In this document: positions 33,257 through 45,417 of the stretch, piece by piece
How positions within the stretch are numbered: position 1 is the first letter of the stretch
Layout: each line of letters begins with the position of its first letter
Assembly: GCA_004764695.1 (NCBI GenBank)
Contig: SMSO01000025.1
Location: 2,108,001-2,172,000, forward strand
Source of the DNA: Schizochytrium sp. TIO01
Taxonomy: Eukaryota; Protista; Bigyra: Labyrinthulomycetes
Reading direction: 5' to 3'
Length of the DNA: 64,000 nucleotides
Translations under genes and position numbers: made by a program
Notes under the pieces: model-generated
What the model saw: the letters and a program-made list of their open reading frames with translations, nothing else
Databases searched by the model: none
Told to the model about the DNA's origin: nothing

Positions 33257-36200
33257 ATGGTGGCACCTTTAACTTGTTGGCGCCCTTTCTGGGCAAGAAG
33301 AGAAGGAGGCATATTGGGCTGCTCCAGCTCTCCACAATCATCGTCATCCAGTTCTCTCTTCTCGAAATCATTGTGGAGTTTTCAGATGCAATTCGTGCTA
33401 AGTGCATTGACCTGCTTGCTAGTTCTGTCAAGAGTGCAAGTAACCAATGCAATGACCACATATGGCACCAAATACCTTGTAGACAACCTAAATCGTGATG
33501 TCGACAATCATATGAGGGTTGGCGATCTGATTCAAGTCACTTTCAGGCCATGTGTATCCTGCTCACTCGTGGTCACAGATTGGATATACCCTGAAACTGG
33601 GGTTACCTTGGTTGAGACCACAAATGATAACTATACCGCAACGTTCAAGTTTAGTCAAGAAGGGAACTTTCCAATTTCGGTCTCGGCAGAGGATAGCCAA
33701 GGCCAGACAACCACGCAAGACATGATTCTTATCAACGTGCACAGCAGTGTTGTCCGGTGTCATATATGGCGAACATGCTTCACATTCGCTTCAGACGAAA
33801 ATGTTGACTCTGCTGAGTGTCTCACTTTGTGGACAGCCATGTCATCAGCGATTTATGCAAACCTAACCCTTCGCATTTGGCTTGGCCATGCGACGGATGT
33901 TATGCGTGTTGCTGACGAACCTTTCTATATGACTGAAGAAGAAACCATTCTAACTGAAGAGATGTATCTTCTTGGAGAAGAGCCACGCGCAGAAATTATT
34001 AAGGGGCCCTTACGTGGTCTTACTGATCCAGTGGTTGTTTTACAAGATGCAGATGATGATGGGGTCGCACGCGCTACGTTTGATGCTGAAGGAAAATTTT
34101 GGAAAATAGATCTTTACACAAACCTTGCTAATACGAGCTCCTCTGCTATGCTTGACTTCGCGGGGGGTACTTTGGAAATAAAACTTCAAGGCCAGTCTGT
34201 CAACACGATGGGCTGCTCAGCAGAATCACGTGAACTGTGGCTAGACCTTCCAAAGTATATTTTTTCTGAAATGGACACATCATTGACTATACCAGAGGAA
34301 AACTTAACTTCTGCAGAGATCCTTGCTCAAGACATTTGCTCGCCTACAATAATACTGGAATCGTCATCCTCATCACAAGGAGCTTGGATGATTCAAGGTT
34401 TGCTTGCTAGCGCTACCTCTAATGCTTCATCAATTGAATACGTCGCAGCTCACGCTTCTGGAGCTGATATACTCAGTGTGGCTGCCACGCGTCTTGGAAT
34501 AGTCTTCCTCCACCAATCTGGCTTGAGTCGCGTGAATGCTGTCCTCAGCCAGAATCAAGAGTCATCACACGTGGCCCAAAGTCTGCACGCAGAGATTTCA
34601 GGCCTTGGTTTGACTCATTTGGCTGCGCCGATGGCCTGTGATTGGGTGATGGACCATAAGGAAGCAACACGCAATGACATCCTTGCTGCTTGGAATGGAA
34701 ATTCAAGCGATGTGTCTGAGGTCTACTTTTTGAAATTCGAAAGCAACTCAACCTCTGTCCATGTAGAGTCTGTCTCACTCGATGGGATGTATACTATTCT
34801 ACAAGTACTTCCACTTGTTAGTGCAGCAAAGTCGGTGGTTCTTGTATACTCATCTACATCCTCCCAATATTCTGCACTTATAGTGAATGAAATCTCTGGC
34901 ACCGTAAGTGCTCTGGCTTCTCTCCCAAGTGGTCTGGGATCAAATTTGAAAATTGCGTCACCCATTATTCCGGATGGAAATCTCATTCTATGGAGTGGTC
35001 GAAGTCTTTATTTTTCGCCTAGTGGAGGAATGTCATGGCGCAGAATCATTTTTGCAACCTATGACTTGGCCATTTCAGACTTTGTTTTAAGCAATGAACT
35101 TGAAGATGAAAACGATGAGGTAGTTCAAGTTGTTACTGCTATCTCTGGCGAGTACATTATTCGCACAAAGTATGGCCGGCTCTATAAAGGTATGTTTGGG
35201 CTCGTGAAAGCAGTAGAAATGTATTCGCCTTTCCTTTCAAATGACCCTACTTTATCGTGGGTTCAATACAGGCCCGATGGATCATTACTGGGACTTTTTG
35301 GTGGGCCTGGGCACAATGTGCAAGTCGTCGAGATTGCTGAAATCTATAAAATCTCGACTAGTGCAGATACATGGAACTCTACCTTGCTTCAGGCTCTCGA
35401 TTTTTCCACTGCTCTCAAATGTCCATATCTTGAGTGGGACCAGCTTCCTCCAACAACTGATTCATTTTATGCTGATATGAACGATGAGATCGAGTCGACC
35501 ACAATCCTGACCTACGATGCCAGCATTGAAGGTATGCACATTGCATACCAGACATCTGATAGATTCATTATGGATATGGAGGCTTCTTCGGAGACTGTTT
35601 TGACGAGTGCAAACGGAAAGCTTCTACATCGTCGTCGTACAGTTCAGGCAGTGGTGCCACCAGAGACTAGTTCGCGTACTGGAGTTGGCTTACAGGCTCA
35701 GGCTTCTGGAAAGGTGGTTGTTCGAGCCGCGCCTACAAGATTTACGCAAACCTGTGAACATCCAACAAAAATGTTACAGATTCATGTTGGATGTCCTCGC
35801 GGGCGGCATTTGCGCTACAGTCCTCCGTCTGCCTATAGCCAACCGGCATCTTCAGTTGTCAGTTCAGAATGCAAATCTGAAGCTGAAAGTGCATCCACAG
35901 ATGATGAAGCCGATGCGATCAAGAAAGAGTGCACCTGTCGAAAATACAAGGATTACACAATTACGTTACCTAGAGATATAGTGAATGAGACACGCCTGAG
36001 GCATCAGGCTTCACTTACTGGTGAAGAGCTCTCATGGAGCGAGGATGATGTATCTTATAAGTTTGATATGGATACGTATGACTGCCCAACATTTATTCCA
36101 TACACATACTCCTTCAAGCCAGGCTTGGAAATTTGGGATGGGGACACGAAAGTGAAGGACGTTGATGCAGATTTTGTTGTCTTTGAAATGAATGGCCGAG

Positions 36201-36688
36201 AGGATTACACATATGGTCTAACGGCCTCTAACGTTGCGTGCCTTCGACGCCCTGATACATGGGACGAAAAGTTAGCTGCGGATCCAAATATTACGACTGC
36301 GTGGGGCAGTCATAATCATCAGTCTTGCTTTGTGATAGATTCGAATTCTTCAGAATCCAGTTCAGCTTGGGGAGACCTTCCTTATGAGATACTCAACGCG
36401 TCTGACTCCAATTATGTATCATTCAAGAACACTTTGCAAAAAGACGCGCCCTATGAGTTCATTGCGATTGTAGTGGACCCGGACTATAGCTTTTGCACAT
36501 TGCACGCATATTTTAGCGTAGAACCATACGGAATTCCTATTGATGCCTTCACGACATTTATTATCATTTTTTGCGTCGTCATGTGTAGCATGCTTATGCT
36601 TGCTTGCACTTACTTTATGCATCGCCGTGAAATCCTTGCTTCAGTACATAACCGAGACCAAATTGCGCAGTCCAAGAAAGTTTTATAG
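33257..36688 (+). CDS. CATSPERE: CatSper channel auxiliary subunit, epsilon/delta-like type I membrane protein
   Basis: C-terminal motifs HVGCPRGRHLR, ACLRRPDTW, WGSHNHQSCF, LPYEILNAS, FIAIVVDPDYSFCTL..FSVEPYG, then one TM helix, match the CATSPERE/CATSPERD C-terminal domain as I recall it. Likely real start is ATG 33386 (signal peptide MQFVLSALTCLLVLSRVQVTNA). Confidence 0.75.
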   Translation: MVAPLTCWRPFWARREGGILGCSSSPQSSSSSSLFSKSLWSFQMQFVLSALTCLLVLSRVQVTNAMTTYGTKYLVDNLNRDVDNHMRVGDLIQVTFRPCVSCSLVVTDWIYPETGVTLVETTNDNYTATFKFSQEGNFPISVSAEDSQGQTTTQDMILINVHSSVVRCHIWRTCFTFASDENVDSAECLTLWTAMSSAIYANLTLRIWLGHATDVMRVADEPFYMTEEETILTEEMYLLGEEPRAEIIKGPLRGLTDPVVVLQDADDDGVARATFDAEGKFWKIDLYTNLANTSSSAMLDFAGGTLEIKLQGQSVNTMGCSAESRELWLDLPKYIFSEMDTSLTIPEENLTSAEILAQDICSPTIILESSSSSQGAWMIQGLLASATSNASSIEYVAAHASGADILSVAATRLGIVFLHQSGLSRVNAVLSQNQESSHVAQSLHAEISGLGLTHLAAPMACDWVMDHKEATRNDILAAWNGNSSDVSEVYFLKFESNSTSVHVESVSLDGMYTILQVLPLVSAAKSVVLVYSSTSSQYSALIVNEISGTVSALASLPSGLGSNLKIASPIIPDGNLILWSGRSLYFSPSGGMSWRRIIFATYDLAISDFVLSNELEDENDEVVQVVTAISGEYIIRTKYGRLYKGMFGLVKAVEMYSPFLSNDPTLSWVQYRPDGSLLGLFGGPGHNVQVVEIAEIYKISTSADTWNSTLLQALDFSTALKCPYLEWDQLPPTTDSFYADMNDEIESTTILTYDASIEGMHIAYQTSDRFIMDMEASSETVLTSANGKLLHRRRTVQAVVPPETSSRTGVGLQAQASGKVVVRAAPTRFTQTCEHPTKMLQIHVGCPRGRHLRYSPPSAYSQPASSVVSSECKSEAESASTDDEADAIKKECTCRKYKDYTITLPRDIVNETRLRHQASLTGEELSWSEDDVSYKFDMDTYDCPTFIPYTYSFKPGLEIWDGDTKVKDVDADFVVFEMNGREDYTYGLTASNVACLRRPDTWDEKLAADPNITTAWGSHNHQSCFVIDSNSSESSSAWGDLPYEILNASDSNYVSFKNTLQKDAPYEFIAIVVDPDYSFCTLHAYFSVEPYGIPIDAFTTFIIIFCVVMCSMLMLACTYFMHRREILASVHNRDQIAQSKKVL

Positions 36689-37561
36689 ATTCGTAATCCT
36701 CTCTCAACTCAGCAAATGATTCTACGTCCCATGCCTGTAAAGATCTTCAATTAAAATGTTTTTAACATTAAAGAATCAATCAACTAATTAATTAATTTTA
36801 AAATAAAACGCTTCTTCTTTTTTCTATTAAGAGAATGAATGAATTAAATTAAATTAATTAGAATAAAGCATTTTAAAATTAAAAATATAGCAATATAATC
36901 CAAACTCTTTTTTATAAGCCTGCTGGAATTAACTAAAAACTTGTTTACATACATTATGTTAATTAAAAATAGGTAGCATAGTAGGTACTCATACCGCTAG
37001 TATAAATAATTATTACCAAACTACCAAAAGGTAGTTTTCTCCTCCGTTTCAAATATTTTTCACCCAATAATTTTTATTGTTTTTTTTTTTTTTGCGCAAT
37101 TTGTGTTTCGGTGCATTTAAAACATTTTTTTTATCGCTCAACTACCTAATACCTGCTATTTGTTTGACTAGTAAATGAATAAAGAGATTTCTGACAATTG
37201 AGGGTGAATGGTCGGTCTCCGGATACTAGTAACTAAGAACCTATCACTTTTCAATGCGATGGGTGCAATGAGTGTTGGCTTTTTTTTTTTTTTTTCGCTT
37301 TAGTAGAAGAAAGAGAAACAAAAACAGAAAGGTAAAATAAAGGAAGACTCTATATAACTAAAGAGAGCAGGACTACTACTACCAGTTCGTATAGAGCTGC
37401 TAAGCATAGTCATATGACATGTTCTTACTTGAGCTTTTACCTTGCTTGATGAGCTTTGCTAACCATAGCCCGTACGTGACTTTGTCCAGAAATAGTATTT
37501 TAGTACATTTTCCAATTTAAGATGTTGTACTTTTCAAAAGTACTATGTCTATCTTCAATAT

Positions 37562-37667
37562 TTAGGCCTAAGGCGAGATCTTGCTATACCTATTGAGCAC
37601 TTTTACCGTACAGGCTCAGGAAGGGCAAATTCCATACATGTTTCGCGCTCTGTTGAGAGGGCTATAG
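37562..37667 (+). pseudogene. 3'-terminal relic (~35 codons) of a tenth GT25-array paralogue
   Basis: Translates RRDLAIPIEHFYRTGSGRANSIHV/RALLRGL* (1-bp insertion), nearly identical to 40224-40319. Confidence 0.8.
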
Positions 37668-37934
37668 CGTCAAAGCATTCACGAGATATCCCGTTAAAAT
37701 CTTCATCTGATTTGATAGCTTGCTTTCACTATTTATCTAATTTTTTAACATATCTATTTTTCTCTAATTTATAGTTATTATTCAAGTTACTACTAGTATT
37801 CAATTGTATTTTGAAAAATAAAATATTTTTTGTTTTTAGTTATCGAATTACAAATTCTGAGAAGTTTTGAGGTTGAAGGCAAACACCTCACATCGATCAC
37901 GGTTGGGCTTGTCTTTGCTGCGCAGCTGGACTCT

Positions 37935-40319
37935 ATGAACGTCATGAATGCACCGACAGCATGCTGGGGCTCGATGCAATGGAGCTGGCGGAAAGTGGCG
38001 GTTGTGAAAGCTGTGCTACAGCTGTTGTTGGTAATGACTATTGTCAAAGTTGATGGTGAGACTATTCTCAACTCAGAGGCTACTTGCGAAAGTGAGCAGA
38101 TGGACAACTCTGCGTGGATGCCGTTTATGAGCGTGCGGGAGAGGCGCTCCTGCATTATAGTCCCAAAAAGTGATGCAGGGTATAAAGATGGCTATGTCAA
38201 GGTGTATACCACAGCATTTGAAGATGCTGATAGACCTTTTATGAGAAGTATATCGCAGATGAACTGACCAAAGTATCCTCTCGATCTCCAGAAGCTCTTA
38301 TGAAGGACCTTGTCTTCTCTCAAAAGGCATCTCTATTTCGAAGAAAAGAAGTCCAGAAATTCTGGGATGATCCTGGGCCATCTTTATGGCTTGACTGCGT
38401 CTATGTCATGGATACATGCAGTTGGGACTTTATATTTGCTAGATTGAACAACTCTGGTATCACCTTGTTCGAGTCTGCCTTTATTGATTATGAAGAGCCA
38501 CAAGCTTTTTTAAATGCCCCCGGGACACTATGCATGGCAGTTAGCAGAACAATCTTGCATACAGATCTTTTCCGACAGCGTCGACCAAGAGTTCTCATTT
38601 TCGATGAAAGTCAAGTTAAAGATGTCGACATTCAAATGATTGCTCAAGGACTCCCAGCGATGGGCAAAACGGTTGTGCTTGGAAAACCTACCAGTGCGGT
38701 GCAATCAATGTTTGAGGTCCACGGCTTCCACGTGGTAGAACAGGACAACTTCTTCGTCGCAGTTTTGAAACCCCACGTTGTAGAGAGTGACAACCCCGCT
38801 GCCGCTCAAAATTATATTGGAAAGGTTGCCAACGTGTATGTTGCCAATATGGATGAAGACTATAGCACACGCTGGCCAGAGGCTTGTGAGAACTTTCGTA
38901 CCGCGGGTCTTGCTGGTCTCTGGCCTAAGCATGAGCGATTTCGTGCTATCAATGGGCATAAGGAACTTGCTATTACTGTTGAGCTTTGCAAGTTGTTTCG
39001 GATAGATGGGTTTAATGTACAAAATCCCTTTGAAGATCATGGTTTCTGTTCAGGTGTACTCGGGTGTTCTGCAACGCATATTCTACTTTGGTCGAAACTT
39101 GCGAAACGAACTGACTTAAGAGATCTGGACAGTATCATAATTTTGGAAGACGACTTCTACTTTACAGAAGACATGGCTAGCAAATGGAAACGAGGTCCGG
39201 GCCATTCACTATCAATGTCTGATCCACGCTGGGACATCATAATGCTTGGGTTTAATAACGACGCTATGTTTACTCCCGGAATTCCGGTATGGGATGGCGT
39301 CGAAGCGTTTCCAAGCATTGGTAGAAGTCTTGGTTATGGAACCCACGGGTATATGCTTCGGAAGCGAGGAGCCAAGCGCTTACTTCGTCTTTTACATACT
39401 TTTGGAATGCCGCAAGGAGTGGATTGGTTTCTCGTAGAATCATGGGTCCAGAAATACATTGTGGCATACAAGTCTGTTCCATGGCTGATATATGCAAAAA
39501 GTGATACACCGGGCTATGAATCTAAGACTAAAGTAGGATATGAACGATCTATTACTGGTGAGTGTCTCCAATATGGCGAAGAAGAAACAGAACAGCTACA
39601 GAACCAAACTGAAACTTTCTTAAGCGAAGGCCCTATGAGAGCGTATCTCGCATTGTGTCCAGACACTTTAGCAGTCACAAAAACAACGGAGACTTTAACC
39701 CTTCACCCGGATATAAGTCTTAAAGTGAAGATAGACCTTCTCCCTGGTTTCAATCTAGAGAGTGTGCTCGCCAAACACCCTTGCGCGCAGTTCTGTCTGC
39801 AGTATGGACACAACAACTTTTCATATCCTTCGCCACAGTGTCATTACATATTTGACACATTTATTAAAAAGGGTGTATATACAGATCCAAAAAGGCTGAA
39901 ATTTGGCCAGGAAACAGAGATTTATGCCGCTATTCTTTCTGCAAATGGCAAGATTTGGCAGAACTCAATCAGTGAACCCCTTATCGTCAATGCTTCTGCG
40001 ACAGTTGCTCAAATGATATTATATGAGGTCCAGCCCAATCAGCTTGAGCTCGAGGTCGAAATTCTGCGTGCCCCTGCCAACTTCATGAGCATACATAGCT
40101 CATCATTACTGTGTGTGAATGAGTATTGTGATCCACTTGCGTCGTTCCCGTTGTCCTTTAACATCTCAGTCACTAGCAATGAAGGTGTGGCTGTGCGTGC
40201 TACCCTGCAGACACTAGGGCTCCAGGCGGGATCTTGCTATACCTATTGAGCACTTTTACCGTACAGGTTCAGGAAGGGCAAATTCCATACATGTTCGCGC
40301 TCTATTGAGAGGGCTATAG
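37935..40319 (+). pseudogene. GT25-family glycosyltransferase, inverted copy 9 (two frameshifts)
   Basis: ORFs 37830-38267 and 38300-40249 join after a 1-bp deletion at ~38250. A 1-bp insertion at ~40217 displaces the conserved end RDLAIPIEHFYRT..RALLRGL* (TAG 40317-40319). Confidence 0.75.
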
Positions 40320-41671
40320 CGTCAAAAACTGCACTAATCATTCATGAAAATCTGTCGACGAGTATAAATTATAGAAAGACGGCATCCGTACTAGGGCTTT
40401 CGAATCCTCAGTTTATACATTTCTGACAAGATCGACAATTAGCAGGGATTGCAATACAGCATAGCAGAACCCAAGCGTAGGTGCCGTGAGTGGAAGAATA
40501 CAAATTAACTAGCAGCAAGGTGGCCTAGAAAAGCCACCTGTCTCTGTCACCCTCAAGTCAGCATCGAGGATAGTTCCTTTATCAAGAGCAACGAGCGTGA
40601 ACGTGTTGAACAACTAAACTCGCTTAAAATGTGTCTGAGTAAATCGTGAGTCGGCGAGCTCTAAAAAGGTAAAGTTGGAAACTATGGAGCGCAACAAACG
40701 ATGAATTTTACTTGAGCATTCCTGAATCGAGGAGGTTGCTCGAGGGGAAGCTTTTTTCAATTAATATACACACTTCTATCAAATATATTTGAAGGGTTTG
40801 CAAAGTTCGTGTCTAGCCTTCTTCAGGTCTTTGGCGAATATCAAGGATTGTGGACCTTTAAACCAGACGAGGGGCTGAAAGATGACTACAAGAGGTTAAT
40901 GAATCTGTATAAAGCATCTTTGCTTACCACTTTAGGAAACCTGCCACTCTTTTCAGGTCAGGCAGTAGCTGACCTAAACTTTAAGGTCCCATGAATATAA
41001 CCCCTTTAGGCTAATCAGAAAATTATTGGTGAGAAGCCTGATCGGGTTACTGTCTCGTTGAACAGATACCGGTTTCTTCTTGGCCTGATGTAACATAATT
41101 TGTTTCCCCATTCTCTCCTCTTTCCTTTTGATCAATTTTCTCATCGTGGTTATGAACCTCAATGGAGTGAGCAATGGAGAAGGCATTGTCCTATTACTGA
41201 CTAACAGAAATATCCCAAGCATATGTACAACACGTGTTGATTTGAACAAAGAGCTGTCTATGCAAGTCTGCCGTTTCAGTCTTGTCTGAAGCTCTACGTA
41301 TTATGCCACAATTGCACGGCCCTCTTCTACCTACACCTTATTTAACATCAATGTTGCATAATTATATCATAGACCAGTGTAGAAGTTTTGATTAGTCATG
41401 GAAATATTTTTCGTTTTAGTTCGTCAATTAATAGCGTAGACTCATGATGCTGCTGATAATCAAACAGTATGTAGTGGGGGTATATTAAGATTGCACGCTG
41501 CAAAACGTGCACTTCTAAAATACTGTGCATGGTAAGTTCTCTTCTTGAATTCAAATCTTGCAACAACACAGGAATTTATGGAAGAGGAATAGTACGCGAA
41601 CAAGAAGAAACTTTTGATTTTGCGCAACAGAGGGCTTGTTTAACATCAAGTGTCTAGATACGAAACGAAAC

Positions 41672-43750
41672 TTACATATCTTCGTCATCGTCATCATCAA
41701 CACCATGGAGGAAGCTGAGGCGGCCATGCAGATTAGAGCTATCATGACGACTTGCTGAATTAGAGGCAATGCTATGTTGGCTTGATGAGTTGCTTCCCAC
41801 AACAGAAGCAAAGAAGCTAGAAGGTTGCGCACCTCCAGCACTTCCTGTGCCTCCCGCATTATTGGGCCTTGAAGAAAAGGCGGTGCTGTTGTGCAGCTGG
41901 TGTGCATTCCCAGGAGCGGAAAGTCGGGGCGCCCCTGAAGATACCGAAGCTTGGCTCCAATTTTGAGGTGCTTGTGTCACTGGTGCCCCCTCCTCCTCAG
42001 GTGCCGCCGTCTGAGAGTTGTGACACAGCGGAGATGAAGATAACTCTCGGCGAGTCCATTTACGAAAACATGCAGCAACTGCTTCACGCTTCTCCACACT
42101 TGTTTTCGAGAACACACGCACACCGTTCGCACCCATGCGCTGCGGAAGAAGTCCACCACCATATTTCTTCGCGGCGATTTTGAAACACCTTGCACCATCA
42201 GCCATTGACCCTACTGAACTTTGCGAGTTTTGTGAATGCCCTGGAGACCAGGGCATGCTGCCAGTAGAAACGCCCAACGGAGTCTGGGCGTATACCTGAG
42301 CATTGCGCTTGCTGTAGAAACGAAGACCATCTACAGGGTTGCTATTTCCTTTTCCATGATGGACAAGTGTGCACTCCACAATAAAGTCATCCTTTTCTAA
42401 GCCGAGATCGAGCTCCTTGCTGATACGAATGAGTTGGTCTGAGATTGTCTCTTCTCGTTCGGTCTTAGAACGGTTTGAGAGACGGAAAGTAAGATCAGCT
42501 GACCCACAGCACCGATAAAGATCACGAGACTTGAGTCGCCACAACAATTTTTGTGCAGGTCGCATGTTGGGATCACGGCTTTGTTCGATTAAGTAAAGTA
42601 CCGAATCAGTGAGCTGAGCAAACGCAGACATGTCTTCGATAGACTCGGACATGCGAAGCTCACGGCCATTCTTGGCACGAAATTTTAAAAACGGGTCTGC
42701 AGCTCGCAGAATATCTCGAACCATGAATTCACACGCTTTTACTACCTTGTGTTGGTAAACCACGCGATGCAGCCACATACGTGCATTAAAGACACCAAAC
42801 ATAGCATGGACTGATTTCTCAGGGAAAGAAATTGTCAAGTCCCCATTCTCATCTGGAAGCACGCGAGCATTCTGCGCCAGCCGCTCTACCGTTGTACCCG
42901 TAGATATACGCACGCCAGTGTAGTAGGAGTCGCGTAAGATGTAGTCTAGCTTGTCAACGTCAAAACCGCTCCTTTCATTATTGATAATATCATAAAGAAA
43001 AGATTTGCTTGAATCACGCCCACGTCGGTTCGCCACGCCTCCCTCGATTTCTTTACCAAGAATTAATTCTTCCACAAATTGAAGATCCCGTCGAGTCAAA
43101 CCGTACTGTACTATCGGGTCAATCTTGTTTTCCTCGAGCAAGTACCGAAGCATCTGCACAGAGCCCATTTCATGCGACCAATCCTTCCCACGTAAAAACT
43201 CGCCATCAAAAAGATGTGAAAAGGGACCATGGCCCAAGTCGTGGCAGAGACCAGCAAGGCCAACGCATAAAACATCGATTTCTTCAATACCAAGATCTTG
43301 TTGCTTATTGCGAAGGGTCTTTACAAAGTACATGCCAAGATGAGCTACACCGAGGCTATGTTCAAAGCGAGAATGTGTAGCGCCTGGGTACACAAATTGG
43401 GTTGCACCAAGTTGTTTGAGAGACTTAAGTCTTTGATACTGAGGGGTGTCCATAACTGCAAGCAATAAGGGCGGGAACTCCATCGATGAATGAATTGGGT
43501 CAGTAACGATTTTTTCAAAACGGTGCGGTGGGCGTTCCAAAACGAAGTCATCGAATTCCGAAAAATTTGCGTGGTCTTGGCCGCTATCGATTTTTAGGCG
43601 CTTTCGATTACGTCCAGGGGCAGCCATTGGCGACTCCATCATATCAGCCTCGCTAGTTTCATCGCCTACACTCACGCCATTTCCATGAGCACTGTTACTA
43701 TGATGGCTCGAACCCCTCGCACCAGTGAGATCCATGTCAAAGTCTGCCAT
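41672..43750 (-). CDS. SAMHD1: SAMHD1-like HD-domain dNTP triphosphohydrolase (no SAM domain)
   Basis: Motifs DPIH, DTPQYQRLKSLKQLG, YPGATHSRFEHSLG, AGLCHDLGHGPFSH, HEMGS, DVDKLDYILRDS, RMWLHRVVYQH. Basic NLS-like RNRKRLK; ATG at 43750. Confidence 0.9.
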   Translation of the reverse strand: MADFDMDLTGARGSSHHSNSAHGNGVSVGDETSEADMMESPMAAPGRNRKRLKIDSGQDHANFSEFDDFVLERPPHRFEKIVTDPIHSSMEFPPLLLAVMDTPQYQRLKSLKQLGATQFVYPGATHSRFEHSLGVAHLGMYFVKTLRNKQQDLGIEEIDVLCVGLAGLCHDLGHGPFSHLFDGEFLRGKDWSHEMGSVQMLRYLLEENKIDPIVQYGLTRRDLQFVEELILGKEIEGGVANRRGRDSSKSFLYDIINNERSGFDVDKLDYILRDSYYTGVRISTGTTVERLAQNARVLPDENGDLTISFPEKSVHAMFGVFNARMWLHRVVYQHKVVKACEFMVRDILRAADPFLKFRAKNGRELRMSESIEDMSAFAQLTDSVLYLIEQSRDPNMRPAQKLLWRLKSRDLYRCCGSADLTFRLSNRSKTEREETISDQLIRISKELDLGLEKDDFIVECTLVHHGKGNSNPVDGLRFYSKRNAQVYAQTPLGVSTGSMPWSPGHSQNSQSSVGSMADGARCFKIAAKKYGGGLLPQRMGANGVRVFSKTSVEKREAVAACFRKWTRRELSSSPLCHNSQTAAPEEEGAPVTQAPQNWSQASVSSGAPRLSAPGNAHQLHNSTAFSSRPNNAGGTGSAGGAQPSSFFASVVGSNSSSQHSIASNSASRHDSSNLHGRLSFLHGVDDDDDEDM

Positions 43751-45417
43751 TGCGCCTGAATTGGCTTTGGCCTTTTCCCGCGCTACGTGCACGTGATACG
43801 ATGTCGCTCAGCAAACAAATGCTCCTCCTCCAGTTCCACAAGCAATCACGGATCACAAAATTTGGTCGCTGCAGAAACCTTTAATAAATTTGCGAAGCAA
43901 AATCTGTTTTAAAAGTTTGCAAAATATCTTAAACAAACGGAGAGTGTCACAAACTTGAGAACCTATACGAGCAAAGAGACAATGACAATCTATTCACGAA
44001 AGTTTCCGTATTTTCACCTGTGACTAAGTGAGCACGAAACTGGTTCAAAGCCAAACACAGTCCACAGCTGACTTCTCAACTGGAACACCTATTCCTAGGT
44101 TGAGAACAGTCACAAAGATAGATGGGTTGCCCTAGAAATGATACTCAAACTTGGGATTATATAAAGCGCAGAAACGAAAGCGACACAGTTGTCCGTCTCG
44201 TGGTTAGGCTCAACTCAGCCTCAAATTGTCACTGATCGAAGCTGGCTTAGACTCGAGGAGACCTGCCAAAAACAGTCCTAGACACCGATTAGCCACAGCC
44301 TGTGCCGAGAACAATCCTGCGGGTCTACGCGAGGCGCCGACTCGCGTTCGCGGCGCGTCAAAGGTGTTTTGCCGTCGATGCTGTCAGCATTGGCGACCGA
44401 CAGCGTCTTTCTCAATTCGTATCTAGAGTTTCCAAAATTAAAAGCACAAATTTTGGCTTAAACTCTATATATTGTGTGGTATTAATGGTTTACTACTTCT
44501 GATAGCTCACATATCACCATATTGCATTTCCAGATAATATATGCCTTTGTACTTTAAATACCAATATTAAATGTCTAGATTCCTCGTTGCCCTTTCCTGC
44601 GTATGCTCTACTACCGGTAACAGTAGCCCTTCCCACGAACAATTATTCTATTTTTTCCCTTCCTAATGCCGCTTCTTAAAAGTTTGGGGGGTTCCTTCCA
44701 AGGCTCGTTTCGCAGACACCAACGTGCCTCAGAACGATGTCGAGATGTACAAAAGAGTTAGTTTCGCTGAGCTAGTTAAAACCGCACGGTGGTCCAGTTG
44801 GCTTGAAGGAACGAGACGCTTCTTAGAGACTAGTTTGCACATGACCAGTCATGCCTAGTTGATTATGCAAAGGGTGTACCCAAAGAAAGCGGGAAACTAA
44901 TAAAAATTGGGCATACTACTACTAATTAATTGAGTACTGTAGCTACCTACCTACCTACGCACTAGTGCGATTGGTAGGTTTGGACCCAGGTATTACAGTT
45001 TCATCTCTTCCTTGTAAACATCTTGTAAACATCTGCATCACTGCACACACTATGGTACCTACCCAGTTTGGGGGATCGCTCCTGTTGTCTCCGCCTGTAC
45101 AGGGAGTACGATGGATTGAATAACGATTAGGATACAGAGTAGCAGGGATATTATGATGGTAAGAAGGAGTCCTCTTTATATGTTTTGCTTTCCTTTCATC
45201 TTCAAGTTCTTCGTTTGTTTCGCTTGTTTTATTTAATTCAGAAAGCAATAGCTAGGGCCAACCATAGGGTCATAGGGACAATCCTAAAGACAAGGCATCT
45301 CAGTTCTCAAGTTCTATCGTAGCATTTTGCAAAACTCTTTTCGCCGACACATCAGACATTGGTACTTGCATAGTTAGCGTGCTGATGAAAAACGTTCATA
45401 AAGATCTGCTTTTTTAA

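Noticed and set aside
40320-41550. Coding-like composition with short ORFs (40809-40994, 40974-41249)
   Set aside because: No recognisable motif; possibly a relic but cannot be assigned.
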